Source: Eledone cirrhosa (taxonomy: Eukaryota). Taken from it: a DNA stretch of 64,000 nucleotides. The stretch spans positions 300,080,001-300,144,000 of the forward strand of contig OZ024743.1 in the NCBI GenBank assembly GCA_964016885.1. The letters are read 5' to 3'. Below the pieces are notes generated by a model. The model did no database searches and was not told the DNA's origin. It saw only the letters and a program-made list of their open reading frames with translations. Positions 1 through 12,549 of this stretch are shown piece after piece. Positions within the stretch are counted from its first letter, which is position 1, and every line of letters begins with the position of its first letter. The position numbers and the translations under genes were made by a program.

Positions 1-9
1 CGTCCTAGG

Positions 10-1211
10 ATGGCCCCTCCTTGGCTGGCTGCGTCTGTCCTAGCCGGAAACGAGGACAAAAAAACTGTACTGCAAGTACAGAAAAAAGTACGAGAAGATT
101 GGGTAGGCACCTCCATTGAGATGTTAATTCAAACCAACCAGGAGTGCATCGAAGCTATCCCGGATGTGATAGACTTCGATAACGGCACTCAACTGCCCAT
201 AAGTGTTGAGGGCAAACGCCCGAAATGCTTTCGCTGTGGGTCGAATACTCACCTCAGGGCCTACTGCAATGAGAAGACCCTGAGAAACGAGAAAACCCCC
301 CTACTTCCGAAACCGGCTCCACTGCTACAATCAACAGGAAAGGCGGCAAGCAGGAACGATAGGTCCGTGGCACCCATACCCACGCCACGGAAATCAAGAA
401 CAGCAGCAGCAGTGGAAGTATTAACAACAACAATAGTAATACCAACTGCAGCTGCAACAGAGACTCCACTGCAACCATCACCAACAAGAACAAGTGAAAG
501 AGTGGAGATGGTACCCCTCCCCGACCTCACATAATCGGACATGGAGTGTGAGGTGGGAGAGGGATAGCAAAAGGTCGCAAGAAGGCACAAACAGAAGCAG
601 AAGCAGCGCATCGTCGCCTTCGAAAAGGGAGGGAAGAAATGAAAAAAGGGTAAAGGCTACTGCAAAGAGACTTACAGCAGCAACAGCACCAACACCATCA
701 CCACCCACACTAGCATCACCATCACCACCGGCGGCAACCCCACCGCCAACAACAACAACACCTTCAACACCACCACCACAAGCACCAACATCGCAAACAC
801 AACAACAAAACACACACACCCAGCAACAACGACAAGAAAATAGAAGAACCACACCCCACCGCCAGAAAAAGAAATGCACAGCAATAAATACACACAAGAA
901 ACTAATGACTTACATAATTGAACACAGATATTTTACTGCACGACTACATAATACCAGCACCAATCAAAACACCAACGAACATAAGACTGGTAAGAATACC
1001 ACAGAAACAATACGCAAACTTTAAAATAAAATTCCCCAACGCAGTTGGAGATTTCAGAGACCTAGGAGGGACACTCAACCGGAGAGTATATTCGGATATA
1101 CTCACAGAAGAGCCGACGACCAGCCGAAGAGACGATTCAACGGTCCCTTCACCAGACGATCAAGTGGAAAGGGATGGAGAAACCATCCTTCCTCTACGAG
1201 AAGTAAGGTAA
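10..1211 (+). pseudogene. LINE ORF1 (zinc-knuckle gag-like, Pro/Thr-rich), frameshifted
   Basis: ORFs 10-534, 494-1024 and 918-1211 overlap. A homologous region occurs at 63210-64000 on the minus strand. Confidence 0.75.
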
Positions 1212-1245
1212 GTGGTCTTTCCCATCTTTTCAACTCCATTTCAAC

Positions 1246-4200
1246 ATGACCTCACTCAGAATAGGCAGCATAAATGCGCGTGGCTTGCGGTCGTCAAGGA
1301 AGTAGGGCCACCTGCTCAATGACCTCAGGTCACTAAAAAGATGTAGGTACCATCAGCGAGACCAGAATCTCCGAAGCAGGGGCCTTTGCACCGATCTTCG
1401 GCGGCTAAGATGTATACGCATCTCCCAGCCGTCCTGGATCGGGGGAGAAGATGCTGTGCTTTTTCGGAGAGGTTTGGATCTCGCCATACGGGCCATCTTC
1501 CTGCACCCAGAAGGTAAGTTGGTGGTACTGACGAGACCAGCGGAGACGGGCAAGCTTTCAGGCTAGTGGCCGTCTATGCCCTGACAGGAGCAGGGCGGCC
1601 TGATTTCTTCCGGCGTCTGGAGTCCTTTCTAGGAACGTCCTGCTCTTTAGTGTTAGTGGGCGACTGGAACGGGATCTTAGATGCACGCTGGGACTGTGTG
1701 GGATTAGCGGATAGGGGAGGAGGGTGCAACAGCCTCACCAACCTGCTCAGGCGTTTTGAACTATCTGACAGGTACCGATTGGATATCCCGAATGTGCCAA
1801 TGTGGACTTGGACAAACCGTATCGAGTCATCCAGATCATATCTAGATAGGATATTCGGTAGTGAAATAAATAGGTCTAGCATAGGCTGTCCACAATTCAA
1901 GATAGTCAGCTACAAGGACCGCAAATTAGTGATCTGTGTGCTTGACTTAGATAGGCTTCATAGACCAGGACCCGGCCAGTGGACGCTAAACGCGTCCTTA
2001 CCAGCGCGCAAGACCTACAGAGAACGGATTAGCGAACTAGTTAAGCGGGCGTTGACGGGGGCGATCGTCAACAACAAGTGGTGGTTTTTCTCTGAAGAGA
2101 GTGATTAGAATAGAGTCCATTAGGTTTAGTAAGGCTTTAGCAATAGAGAAAAATAGAGCAGAGGGAGAACTAGTTCGAGAATTAGAAGAGGCGCTTAGCG
2201 AAGGCATCACGACCGACGTACTTGCGGAGAAATTGGCCCTTGACCAATTCTTCAATGCAAAGCACAAAGGTTGCGTTGTCAGAGCTAGGGTGCGTGCTCT
2301 CAGACACGAGGGGATGAAAGCCGTTCAATGGGCCCGAGTGGCGGAGGCACGTCGTGGCAAGAAATCCACGATCCGGTTTTTGATGGACAACGAAGGGCGC
2401 ATGCTACTCGATCCCGGGCAAATGTGTGAAGATTTTCAGAGACACTTCGCTTAGCTGCTCAGAGGCAGCGGCGGGCCGGATCGAGGGATGGACTTTAGTG
2501 TCTACCACGACGGACTGCCGCGGCTCTCGGCCACTGACGGTACCGACTAGATTTCCCTAATGCGCCAGTGTGGACCAGGGCTAACCGCATAGGGTCATCT
2601 AGATCGTATATAGACAGGATATTCATTAGGAAAATAGACAGAAATAGTGTAAGCTGTCCACGTTTTGAAACAGTTTCCTATTCAGATCACAAGTTTGTGA
2701 TCTGTATGGTCGACCTAGATAAGATGCGTAGGTTAGGACCTGGTTACTGGAAGCTCAACATGTCCTTTCCGGCACGTAAGGCTTACAGGGACCAGGTCAA
2801 CAATTTAGTTAAGAAAAAGTTGACAGGGGGAGTCGTCAACAATAGATGGTGGGAGGCTCTCAAAAGAGAGATTAGAGTAATGTCGATAGAGTTTAGCAAA
2901 GAAATAGCGTAAGAGAAAAATAGAAAGGAGGGTGAGTTGGTAGATAAGTTAGAGGAGGCTATTGGTAGTGGCATTGCAACTAACGTGCTAGCGGCGAGAA
3001 TGGCATTAGACCATTTCTTCAATGCGAAACACGAAGGTTGCGTTGTCAGAGCTAAGGCACGTGCTCTGAGAAACAAGGGAACCAAAGCTGTTCGATGGGC
3101 CCGCATGGCAGAGGCGCAGCGTGGTAATAAAACCACGATTCGGTCTTTTACGGACCGAGACGGACACGAGCTGAACGATTCCAAGCGGATGTGTGAGGCC
3201 TTTCGCCTACATCAGCCGAGATTCAGGATGCCCTTGTCGGCTGTATGAGGCGCAAGTCTCCCGGTTTGGATGTTCTGCCCTACGAGCTTTACGTAAATAT
3301 GCCAGAATTGTTCTCCAATCTCTTCGAAGCCCTCTACTGCAACTAGCAGCAAAACGGGAGTATTTCCAGTTCTGTGAGCCGGGGTGTAGTGACGCTGATA
3401 AGGAAAGACGAGAACAAGAGGGACACATTAGACAATTTCAGGCCCATAACTCTGCTCAACACAGAGTTTAAGATTTTTACCAGGGTGTTAGCGAAGAGGT
3501 TGGCGCTTGTCGCCGGGGATTTTGTTGGGGAGGCGCAAAATTGCGCATTCCCAACCAGGTCCATACACGACAACCACCACCTAATGCGATACATCATAGT
3601 GAGGGTAGGGTGTAAACCTGGCTTCGGTGGGGCTCTGATAAATTTAGATCAATCGACAGCATTCGATAGGGTCGACCATCGATACCTGGAGGCTTTCCTC
3701 AAGGCGTCTGGCTTCAGCCCCGTCTTTAGAAGCTGGATCGCTGTAATGCACAGCGTAACCTGCTCGATGGTCAACATTAATGGCCACCTCTCGGAACAGT
3801 TTCAGGTCTCCCGATCGGTCCGTCAAGGTTGCCCTCTCTCGTCCCTTCTGTACGTATTGGCTCTCGAGCATTTACTGCGGAAGCTGGAGCTGTTGCAGGG
3901 TATCTCGCTCGAACTGGGACGCGTAAGGCTGTGTCGGCTTATGCGGACGACATCAACGTGTTGGTGTCGGACACTTCAGAAATCGAGGTGGTCGGCAACT
4001 TATTGGAGGAATATGAAAGGTTGACGGGAGCAAAACTTAAACCGGAAAAAGTCGGTGGGCTTGCAACTCGGCACCTGGAGAGGCAGGACCATGCCGTCCA
4101 ACAGCGTCGTTAGGCGCTGGACGCACGGACTGGTAAAGTTGCTAGGGCTTTGGTTCGGGCCAGACCTCCAGATAGATAACAATTGGGACGAGGTGACTGG

Positions 4201-5302
4201 GAGGGTAGCCAGTCTCATCCAGAAATGGGCTGGGATGAAACTATCACTGAAAGGTCGGGCGGAGGTGGCGAACGCGTACATCGCGTCCGTCATCTACTAC
4301 CGTCTAACCGTCGTCCCTTGCCCCCGTTCACGACTCGCCATCTTGGAGCGGCGCCTCTTCAAATTCTTGTAGAGCGGTCAGAATTCCGCTGGTGCGGCGT
4401 TCCATCTGATGCCATCACCCTCTACATGGAGGGCTGGGCATCCGTGGGTAATGATGCGCAGGCACGCGCTGAGTCTGCGGCATCTACAGATATTCTGCCT
4501 AAACGGTGAACAGGTGTGGTCGCCGTTTGTTGTCTGCAGCTCATTTGTTTGACAGAGGTGCAGTCCTGGGTCAAGAAGAGACCGAGACTGGGTGACTGGC
4601 ATCTGGAATGTTGCCAGGCACTCACTGCCCTCTACCAGGCAGGCAATGCTGTCAGTAGAACTTCCACTCTCGAGTTCTATAGAGGATTAGTGGTGGGCAA
4701 GTGCGACGACGCACTCGGAGAGGCTCTGGGAGTCAACCAAGTCGAACTAACCAGTCTCTACTGGAGGACTTTCGAGCCGGGGACGATGGATAATTTCCAA
4801 AAATCCATCACTTGGCAGTGCTACCGGGAGGGGGGGGGGGGGTGTCGGTTCGAGATAAACTCTACAGGCACGGAAGTGCTGTCAGACGGATCTGCCCAAG
4901 ATGCGCGCAGAGCGACGAAACCGTTCTGCACGCACTCGTCCAGTGTCCGTGTATTACTGACTTGTGGAGTTATGTTGAACAGCTGTTGTCGCATGTAGAA
5001 TGGATCCGGCTATCGGCCGAGTCCATAGTGAAGATCGACCCGCAGCCTTCACTTGACCCGGAAGAGCAGGCAATTTTTTCTGTCTGGTGGCTGTAGTGAA
5101 AGAGGTTGTATGGTGGACGAGGTTGAAAGGACTGAAGATAGACACTTTTCACTTCGGCCAATCCCTCATCAACTTTTTCAAGTTTCACTTGGAAAGGAAG
5201 GTGATGGTGGAGAGAGACGTGCTGCCCCCCAGTACACTTGCTGAAAGGTGGGTGAATGTGGCGAGAATGACCCGTGTGAGTCATGCGGCTGTAGGTAGGT
5301 AA
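1246..5302 (+). pseudogene. LINE ORF2 (APE-RT-zinc finger), many stops and frameshifts, internal endonuclease duplication
   Basis: ATG at 1246 (MTSLRIGSINARG). Motifs are spread over ORFs 1566-2108, 2568-2912, 3374-4024, 4055-4372 and 4812-5096. Confidence 0.9.
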
Positions 5303-5587
5303 ATTTGAGGAGGAGAGGGGGTGTCCTTCCAGAATGCACTCGAAGCGTCTGATCGTTTAGGATTGGTGGGGTACTTGAGCGAACCCTGAGTGGTCATCCC
5401 CCCTATTGGGGAATTTTTTCTTGTTGTAATTTCATTGTTACTTTATTGTTACTTTGTTATTGTTATTCATATTGTTTACTCGATTTTTCTGTAAAATCCC
5501 ACTGTCCCAGTGTTTTGTATTGTCCCCTATATGTCGGCCCTTGTGGCCAATAAATGAAATCATTATTATTATTATTAGTAGTATTAG

Positions 5588-5655
<68 letters not shown>

Positions 5656-6287
5656 TATTTATCTCATATATCATTAATGGGGATGGATCAATGTTCGTTT
5701 TACATTTGAATTTATTTTTTTGTTAAAATTTGCAGAAAGAATTGCTAAAAGAATTATTATATTTTGCTTTATTATCTATGCGCTTTGAACAAGTACATAA
5801 TCGTGCATCGAGTAATAACACACTAGGTGATTTTAATGGTTACACAACTTAGAACACTTTAGGTATGTTAAGTTCACCAAGCCTCTGAATACCACAATAA
5901 GCTATATCCATATATGCAGAGCTGGTAACTATGACTGCGCTAATATGTATATAAATCTCCATATGTTTTATATGTAAACATGCAAACGTGTCAGAAAAGA
6001 AACATTTCTCTGTGAATCGATATAACATATAAACAATGTAATCGATGGTCATACCTACATGGGTCCTTACCAGGCGGCATGTATATCATCGAAACCACCA
6101 AAAGTTAACACATATTTGATGAGCTTATATACGGAAATCGTCAAAGGTATTTGCATATACTTACGAGTCACGTTGATTAGGAATTAAGATGTGTGCTAAG
6201 CGACCGGTGTGTACGATAAATAAATAAATAAATATATATATGTATATAGGAACAAGTAAGACCTCGACGGCTGAGCTCAAGCCGTTT

Positions 6288-6352
<65 letters not shown>

Positions 6353-6651
6353 TTGTGTGTGTGTGTGAATTCATAGAAAAATGAGAAGACCCTATGTTAA
6401 AACAGCCAAATGCTATTATTGACAGCGATAGTCAAACATTTTTCAGGGGACAGCGACCAGCGACCAGTATTCGGCAGAGAGAAAATCCGTGAGGTGGGTA
6501 ACACGGAGAGAAAACATAGAGAAGATTGAGAGAGGAAGAAGACAAGTATGTTGGGGCATAGATGTAACCGGAAAAAGAAAATGTGTATGTAAGGAATAGT
6601 TCCCTAACATGACCAGAACGAAACAAGAAGAGAAACCCTCCGCCCCCCCCC

Positions 6652-6710
<59 letters not shown>

Positions 6711-6974
6711 TAAATGTTATGTATGTATATATATATATATATGGGTTGTATCGAAGTTGTAGCCGCAATTAAGCAGGTACTAATCGAATTGTTTGAAGCA
6801 ATCACGAAGCACTCAACTGAGAGATAAGTTAAGACATTATTGTCCAAAGTAAACACAGAGTTAAGAATCTGTGACTCCTAGAAAAGTGTCCAAAAGAACT
6901 GGCCATACGTATACCACAACAACGTTAAATTCAAATAAGTGTAAGTCTAACCGGGATCATCTCGAGTCGATTAG

Positions 6975-7160
6975 ATCATCATCATCATCATCATCATTTT
7001 ATGTCCGCTTTTCCCTGCTTGCAAGGGTTGGACGGGTCCTATTCAGCACAGCATTTCTCCACTTGTCACAGTCCTTTGTCATCTCCTCGGTGAGTTTCAG
7101 CGATCTGAGATCTGCTTTGACCAGCTCCACCCATGTTTTACGTGGTCTACCTCTACTGCG
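6975..7160 (-). mobile_element. RTE-clade LINE 3' fragment
   Basis: Minus strand reads RGRPRKTWVELVKADLRSLKLTEEMTKDCDKWRNAVL followed by a (GAT)n tail. Confidence 0.7.
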
Positions 7161-7888
7161 TCTAGAATTGATAGAAATCGATACAAATATTCGATATGTT
7201 GCTAGGCTTCTACAAAACTACACTACGAGTCGCATATCGCATCTGCAAGTCATATGTGCGGTTTCACGATGGAACTGGAGGTCCCTTCGTCGGCAGGCTT
7301 TGTTCCCTGTTTTCCAAAGGGATTCGGCCTTGTGACTGAGGCGTTCTAACTCAGTAGTAAATGTTACTGTGTCGTCAAGTGACCTTTCTCAAAAGAGAAC
7401 GGACAAGTTGGCCGAACTATTGGCGTGTATATTCAGAGCATGAACATATTTTCACAGTCTCAAATAAATGCTCTCAATTAGCGTTTATAAACAAAAAAAC
7501 AATTAGCACGTTATCAATCGAACACATGGAGCTAGGAGAATAATAATATTTTGTAAAAATCGAAGTTTTAGCCGCAATATAGCTGATACTAATCGAATTG
7601 GTTGGGGCACTCAGAAGACACTAAATGGAGCGAGAAGTTAATACAAAGTTAATACTAATGCGTAGTTCAACATTCATGATGTTAGTCAACGGGGAATATT
7701 AATGAATTTTATTGGCATGAAATAGTAACATATAAGCCTTATAAAAACTCAGAAGCTTTGTGAATATAACATATTGTGTCACTCTGTTCTGTTTTTTGCT
7801 TGATTATATTGTTCTCTGTAAAACGATTGATATGTGGTTTCTTATTATGTTGGCAGAGTGCAAGTTTTAATTCGCTCACAAAGTCGCA

Positions 7889-7947
<59 letters not shown>

Positions 7948-8097
7948 TTTCTGAATTTGTTTAGCAAGATTCTTTATATGAAATCGTGTGTTGAAACCGA
8001 TATTGTTATACTTTGGGAGGGTCATGTTGCCAATAAGAAACACACGCACCAGTTGCTTTCACTTCAATTTATTATAATAAATTTATAAATTTAGGAA

Positions 8098-8590
8098 TTT
8101 ATAAATTTATAAATTTCTGGTTGGTTGGTTGGTTCCACAACCAGATAGTTGTTTATATATTGTCAAAGTTCTTTCGTCACACATTATGTGACCTCTTCAG
8201 TGACTGGGGATGCTTTTCTTTGTTTTTGTGCCTCTCCTTTGTTCTGTTCTACGCCATTTTGTTTCTGTGTGTGTGTTGTGTGCTCAGTCTGCGCATGCGC
8301 CACATCTGGGTGTCTGTGTGTGTTTATATTTGTTTATTTATTTGTTTATTTACATGTTACCGGTTGGTTGTTTGTTCTATGTGTGTGTGTGTTTTCATTT
8401 TGTCCTTAATTGTAAGTTGAGATGTTGCTGTTCCACTCATATTTTCTATTTAATTTTGGTTGTAATTATTTTATGTTTATTGCCTCTGTGATTTGTCTAA
8501 ACATTGCGTCTTTTCTGTGTGTAGATTCTATCTGGTTGTGTAGAAACTATCTGGTTGTGGAACCAACCAACCAACCAGAAATTTATAAAT
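8098..8590 (-). mobile_element. Short PLE 3' fragment with about 50-bp terminal inverted repeats
   Basis: Similar to the 3' ends of the PLEs at 21476-22125 and 40862-42400. Inverted termini ttctggttggttggttggttccacaaccagatag. Contains an HHR. Confidence 0.65.
8162..8204 (-). ncRNA. Minimal type I hammerhead ribozyme
   Basis: GTCA-CTGAAGA-G-GTCACA/TGTGAC-GAAA-GAAC-TT-TGAC. Confidence 0.7.
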
Positions 8591-9033
8591 CCCTAACTTT
8601 ATAAATTTATTAGGGAGTATTGAAGTTTGCTTGAAGCATTGTGGAACAATAAGTAAATATCTTTAAGTCGTTTGGAAGCCTCGACAATGCAAATGGGTAA
8701 ATCTCCGGGTAACAAGGTCCAGTGGTGGAAAGATAGATGTACGTTAAGATGCGTGGTGTGTATAAGATGTGTGAGATGTGTAGAATGAAGGGAAGAGTAT
8801 AAAGGATAAAAATAAAAATAACAGCACAAGAGAGAGTTACCTTGGGAGAGATTTAATTGTCCCTATATATTTCGGATTCACATCCATCAACTGGGGGTTT
8901 TTTTCCGGGGTGGGGGAAAAGGTTGTCTGTCGGACAAGTCCGGAACGCGTCTTTCGCTGTTTATTAAAATAAATTGAAGTGAATGCAACTGGTGCGTGTG
9001 TTTCTTATTGGCAACATGACCCTCCCAAAGTAT

Positions 9034-9187
<154 letters not shown>

Positions 9188-9244
9188 ATTTAAAAAATAG
9201 AGGTGTGACACACGAGTTGTGATATATTAGTAAAAAAGGAAATA

Positions 9245-9277
<33 letters not shown>

Positions 9278-9504
9278 GTATACACATATATATATATACA
9301 CACACGCATATATATATAAACACATACATTTATATAAATATGTGTGTGTGTGTGTGCGTGCGTATCCCTATTTATGAAATAGTGTTGGACTAAAGTAACT
9401 GTCTAACTGTTTTATATATATATACAGTGAGAGAGAGAGAGAGGTAGAACACTGGAAGGTAGTATCCGTAGTGGTAGAGCACTCAATCCATGGGACGAGT
9501 TAGG

Positions 9505-9723
9505 TAGAAGTGGTAACACAACAGTTATTTCACCATACCGAGAACAATTGTTTCACCTTAGCTGATCTTCAGCTCGTACTGCTCATGGTTATACGGAACA
9601 TGTTATTCCTGTTCTGTAGGAAGAAACTGTTCCGTATAACCTTGACCAGTACGAGTTGAAGATCAGCTAAGGTGAAACAATTGTTCTAGGTATGGTGAAC
9701 AAACTGTTGTGCTACCACTTCTA
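9505..9723. repeat. Fold-back (about 95-bp arms) with one HHR per arm, in (TA)n
   Basis: Left arm minus 9539-9576: CGAG-CTGAAGA..GAAA-CAATTG-TT-CTCG. Right arm plus 9652-9689 has C3U. Confidence 0.75.
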
Positions 9724-9752
9724 TATATATATATGATATACATATATGTATC

Positions 9753-9792
<40 letters not shown>

Positions 9793-9936
9793 TCATCTGG
9801 CTGTTCCCTTGAATGGAATTGGAGATATAAAAAAGCGTGGAGAACTTAATATTGCTAACATAAATTTATTGGACCGTTTTACACAACCAATAATACACCT
9901 TACTATATATATATATATGTTATACTTATATGTATC

Positions 9937-10000
<64 letters not shown>

Positions 10001-10213
10001 TATGTTAAAGTGTACATCTATATATGGATACGGAAGTATTAGTATGCATATAAATACACATATGTATACATATGTACATGTACCGATCTTTTCACTAGAC
10101 ACTTTACAGTGAGTGTCCAGCTAGTCTGTATGTAAATAGACGAACCGGGTTTTAAAGTCATACGAGTTTTCAAGGAAACACATTTCCTCTATTCTCCAGA
10201 GAGCCAGACAGGA

Positions 10214-10256
10214 ATATTGGACTAGTTTCGATGTTATTACATCTCATCAGCAATAT
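10214..10256 (-). ncRNA. Minimal type I hammerhead ribozyme (GUC site)
   Basis: ATATTG-CTGATGA-GATGT-aata-ACATC-GAAA-CTAG-TC-CAATAT: perfect core, 6-bp stem I, 5-bp stem II, palindromic stem III. Confidence 0.92.
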
Positions 10257-10679
10257 ATACCTATCTTTCCGGCTTCTCTGGAGAATTGTAAAAGCACATA
10301 TCGTCATATGCTTTTTCTATGAAAATCAGTAGTGGGCAGACTAATTTGCATAGAACGTGAGTCATTGTACGCACCGGTTCAGCGGAAACGATAAAAACGA
10401 ATAACGAAACGAAATTAAATTTCGTTTCGCTTCTAACTCACTTTTGTATGACTGACGATTAAACAATTAAGTTAAAGTGTACATCTATATATGTATACGG
10501 AAGTATTAGTATGCATATAAATACACATATGTATAGATATGTACATGTACCGAGCTTTTCACTAGACACTTTACAGTGAGTGTCCAGCTAGTCTGTATGT
10601 AAACAGACGAACGGGTTTTAAAGTCATACGAGTTTTCAAGGAAACACATTTCCTCTATTCTCCAGAGAGCCAGACAGGA

Positions 10680-10722
10680 ATATTGGACTAGTTTCGATGT
10701 TATTACATCTCATCAGCAATAT
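10680..10722 (-). ncRNA. Minimal type I hammerhead ribozyme (second tandem copy)
   Basis: Identical to 10214-10256, 466 bp away. Confidence 0.92.
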
Positions 10723-11110
10723 ATACCTATCTTTCCGGCTTCTCTGGAGAATTGTAAAAGCACATATCGTTATATGCTTTTTCTATGAAAATCAGTAGTG
10801 GGCAGACTAATTTGCATAGAACGTTTCCTGTCTGGCTCTCTGCAGAATAGAGGAAATGTGTTTCCTTGAAAACTCGTATGACTTTAAAACCCGGTTCGTC
10901 TGTTTACTTACAGACTAGCTGGACACTCACTGTAAAGTGTCTAGTGAACAGCTCGGTACATGTACATATGTATACATATGTGTATTTATATGCATACTAA
11001 TACTTCCGTATACATATATAGATGTACACTTTAACTTAATTGTTTAAGCGTCAGTCATACAAAAGTGAGTTAGAAGTGAAACGAAATTTAATTTAGTTTC
11101 GTTATTCGTT

Positions 11111-11141
<31 letters not shown>

Positions 11142-11165
11142 GTATCATTATATATATATATATAG

Positions 11166-11260
11166 GTTAACTTAGCCTTTCATTCTTACGGGGTCGATAA
11201 AATAAATACCAGTAATGCACTGGTTTATCGCTGGCCTTGTGCCAAGAGTAGAAACAATTA
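11166..11260 (+). mobile_element. SINE 3' half
   Basis: gcctttcattcttacggggtcgataaaataaataccag core and ggccttgtgccaagagtagaaacaatt tail. Confidence 0.8.
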
Positions 11261-11298
11261 TATATATATATATATATATGTGTGTGTGCATATATACA

Positions 11299-11343
<45 letters not shown>

Positions 11344-11429
11344 TGTGTGTGCGTTACAAAGGCTTTTGCTAGGTGGTGCCATTAAGTTATTTAAGACCTG
11401 GGCTAAGAATGCCTCAAACCGACTTCTTC

Positions 11430-11935
11430 TTATTATTATTATTCTTCTTATTCTTATTCAAGTTCTACCCCTGAGACGCCTGCTGGTTGATTTTGCATGT
11501 ACAGTCTGTCTAGTGATTCTTTCTTGAGACATTCTAACCACATACCTATAGTATCGAAACTGTGATCTCCCAATTCGGAGACGTAGCTGCTCTATATGGT
11601 TCTCACAGTTTGACCTCTGTAGTTACGCATACATCGAGCAAAGTTACTTCAAAGACACTTCGAATACAATCTGTTTCAGCTGCTTGTACTCACGATCGTA
11701 TTATGTCTGCCATTAATCAAGATGAATACCGAATCGAAGATTACGAGTTTGGCCTTTACACCAACTTCCTTTTTTCTGATTTCCGAATACTGAAACTGGC
11801 ACATTACTCTAGCAGCTCCCACAATTCTTGCACTTAATTCAGCCTCTTGTCTTCCATCAGACATGAGGATAGTCCCTGATATACTTATAATTATCCACCT
11901 GCTTCAATGGATTCCCTAAACCTATCAAAATTCTT
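11430..11935 (-). mobile_element. Old RTE/L2-like LINE 3' fragment
   Basis: Degenerate minus-strand translation (VQAAETDCIRSVFEVTLLD) and a simple-repeat tail near 11430-11460. Confidence 0.4.
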
Positions 11936-11949
11936 TATATCGACATGCA

Positions 11950-11993
<44 letters not shown>

Positions 11994-12451
11994 ATGAGTT
12001 AGTGAGTGCATGTATGAGTTTTTCATTGAGGGTGTATATGAGTATGAACGGTTAAATATAATTTCCTAGCTTGCATGTTTCTCTGTGTTTGAACTCAATA
12101 GAAACAATAATATTATGTTCGGTGGGAAAATAATTGCTTCAATAATTATTAGGTTGTGTTTTCAATCGAGTCTACTGACAGATGAAAGCAACTATGAAGA
12201 AAGTGAGTAGTAATAACCACATATTTGGAAGTGATGAAGATGACGTTCATATAAAGATTAACCAGTTTAACAGAACAGAATGAGTCAAGTTCGTGGCGTC
12301 ATTGACAAGCTGTCTAGACGGAATTTGCTCGTTAAAATAACATGAGTTAAAAACGTAATCAAAGAAACGCGCACATTCACACACACACGCAATCACGCAC
12401 ACAAACACTCACACACACACACACACACATACCCACACACACACACACACA

Positions 12452-12514
<63 letters not shown>

Positions 12515-12549
12515 ACACACACACACCTATATATATATATATATATAAT

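Larger units (their letters stand above)
1..5590 (+). mobile_element. Tx1/L1-clade non-LTR retrotransposon, decayed, 5' end outside window
   Basis: ORF1 has a CCHC knuckle (CFRCGSNTHLRAYC). ORF2 fragments carry an AP endonuclease (LRIGSINARG, LVGDWN, SYLDRIF, SDHK), RT (NFRPITLLNTEFKI, LDQSTAFDRVDH, VRQGCPLS, AYADD) and a C-terminal CPRC..ETVLHALVQC finger. Ends in AATAAA plus an (ATT)n tail. Confidence 0.93.
9998..11111 (-). mobile_element. Retrozyme-like element: 467-bp unit x1.75 plus about 288-bp inverted copy, flanked by (TA)n
   Basis: Direct repeat starts at 10004 and 10471. Segment 10824-11111 is the reverse complement of about 10395-10680. Two HHRs, no ORF. Confidence 0.85.

Noticed and set aside
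254-897. Hydrophobic minus-strand ORFs, also 63357-63852 on the plus strand
   Set aside because: Antisense shadows of low-complexity LINE ORF1.
6750-7640. Diverged about 85-bp direct repeats (6750 and 7558) as LTRs
   Set aside because: No TG..CA ends, PBS or coding sequence. Possibly an old tandem unit, but only a heavily degenerate HHR-like trace near 7255-7297.
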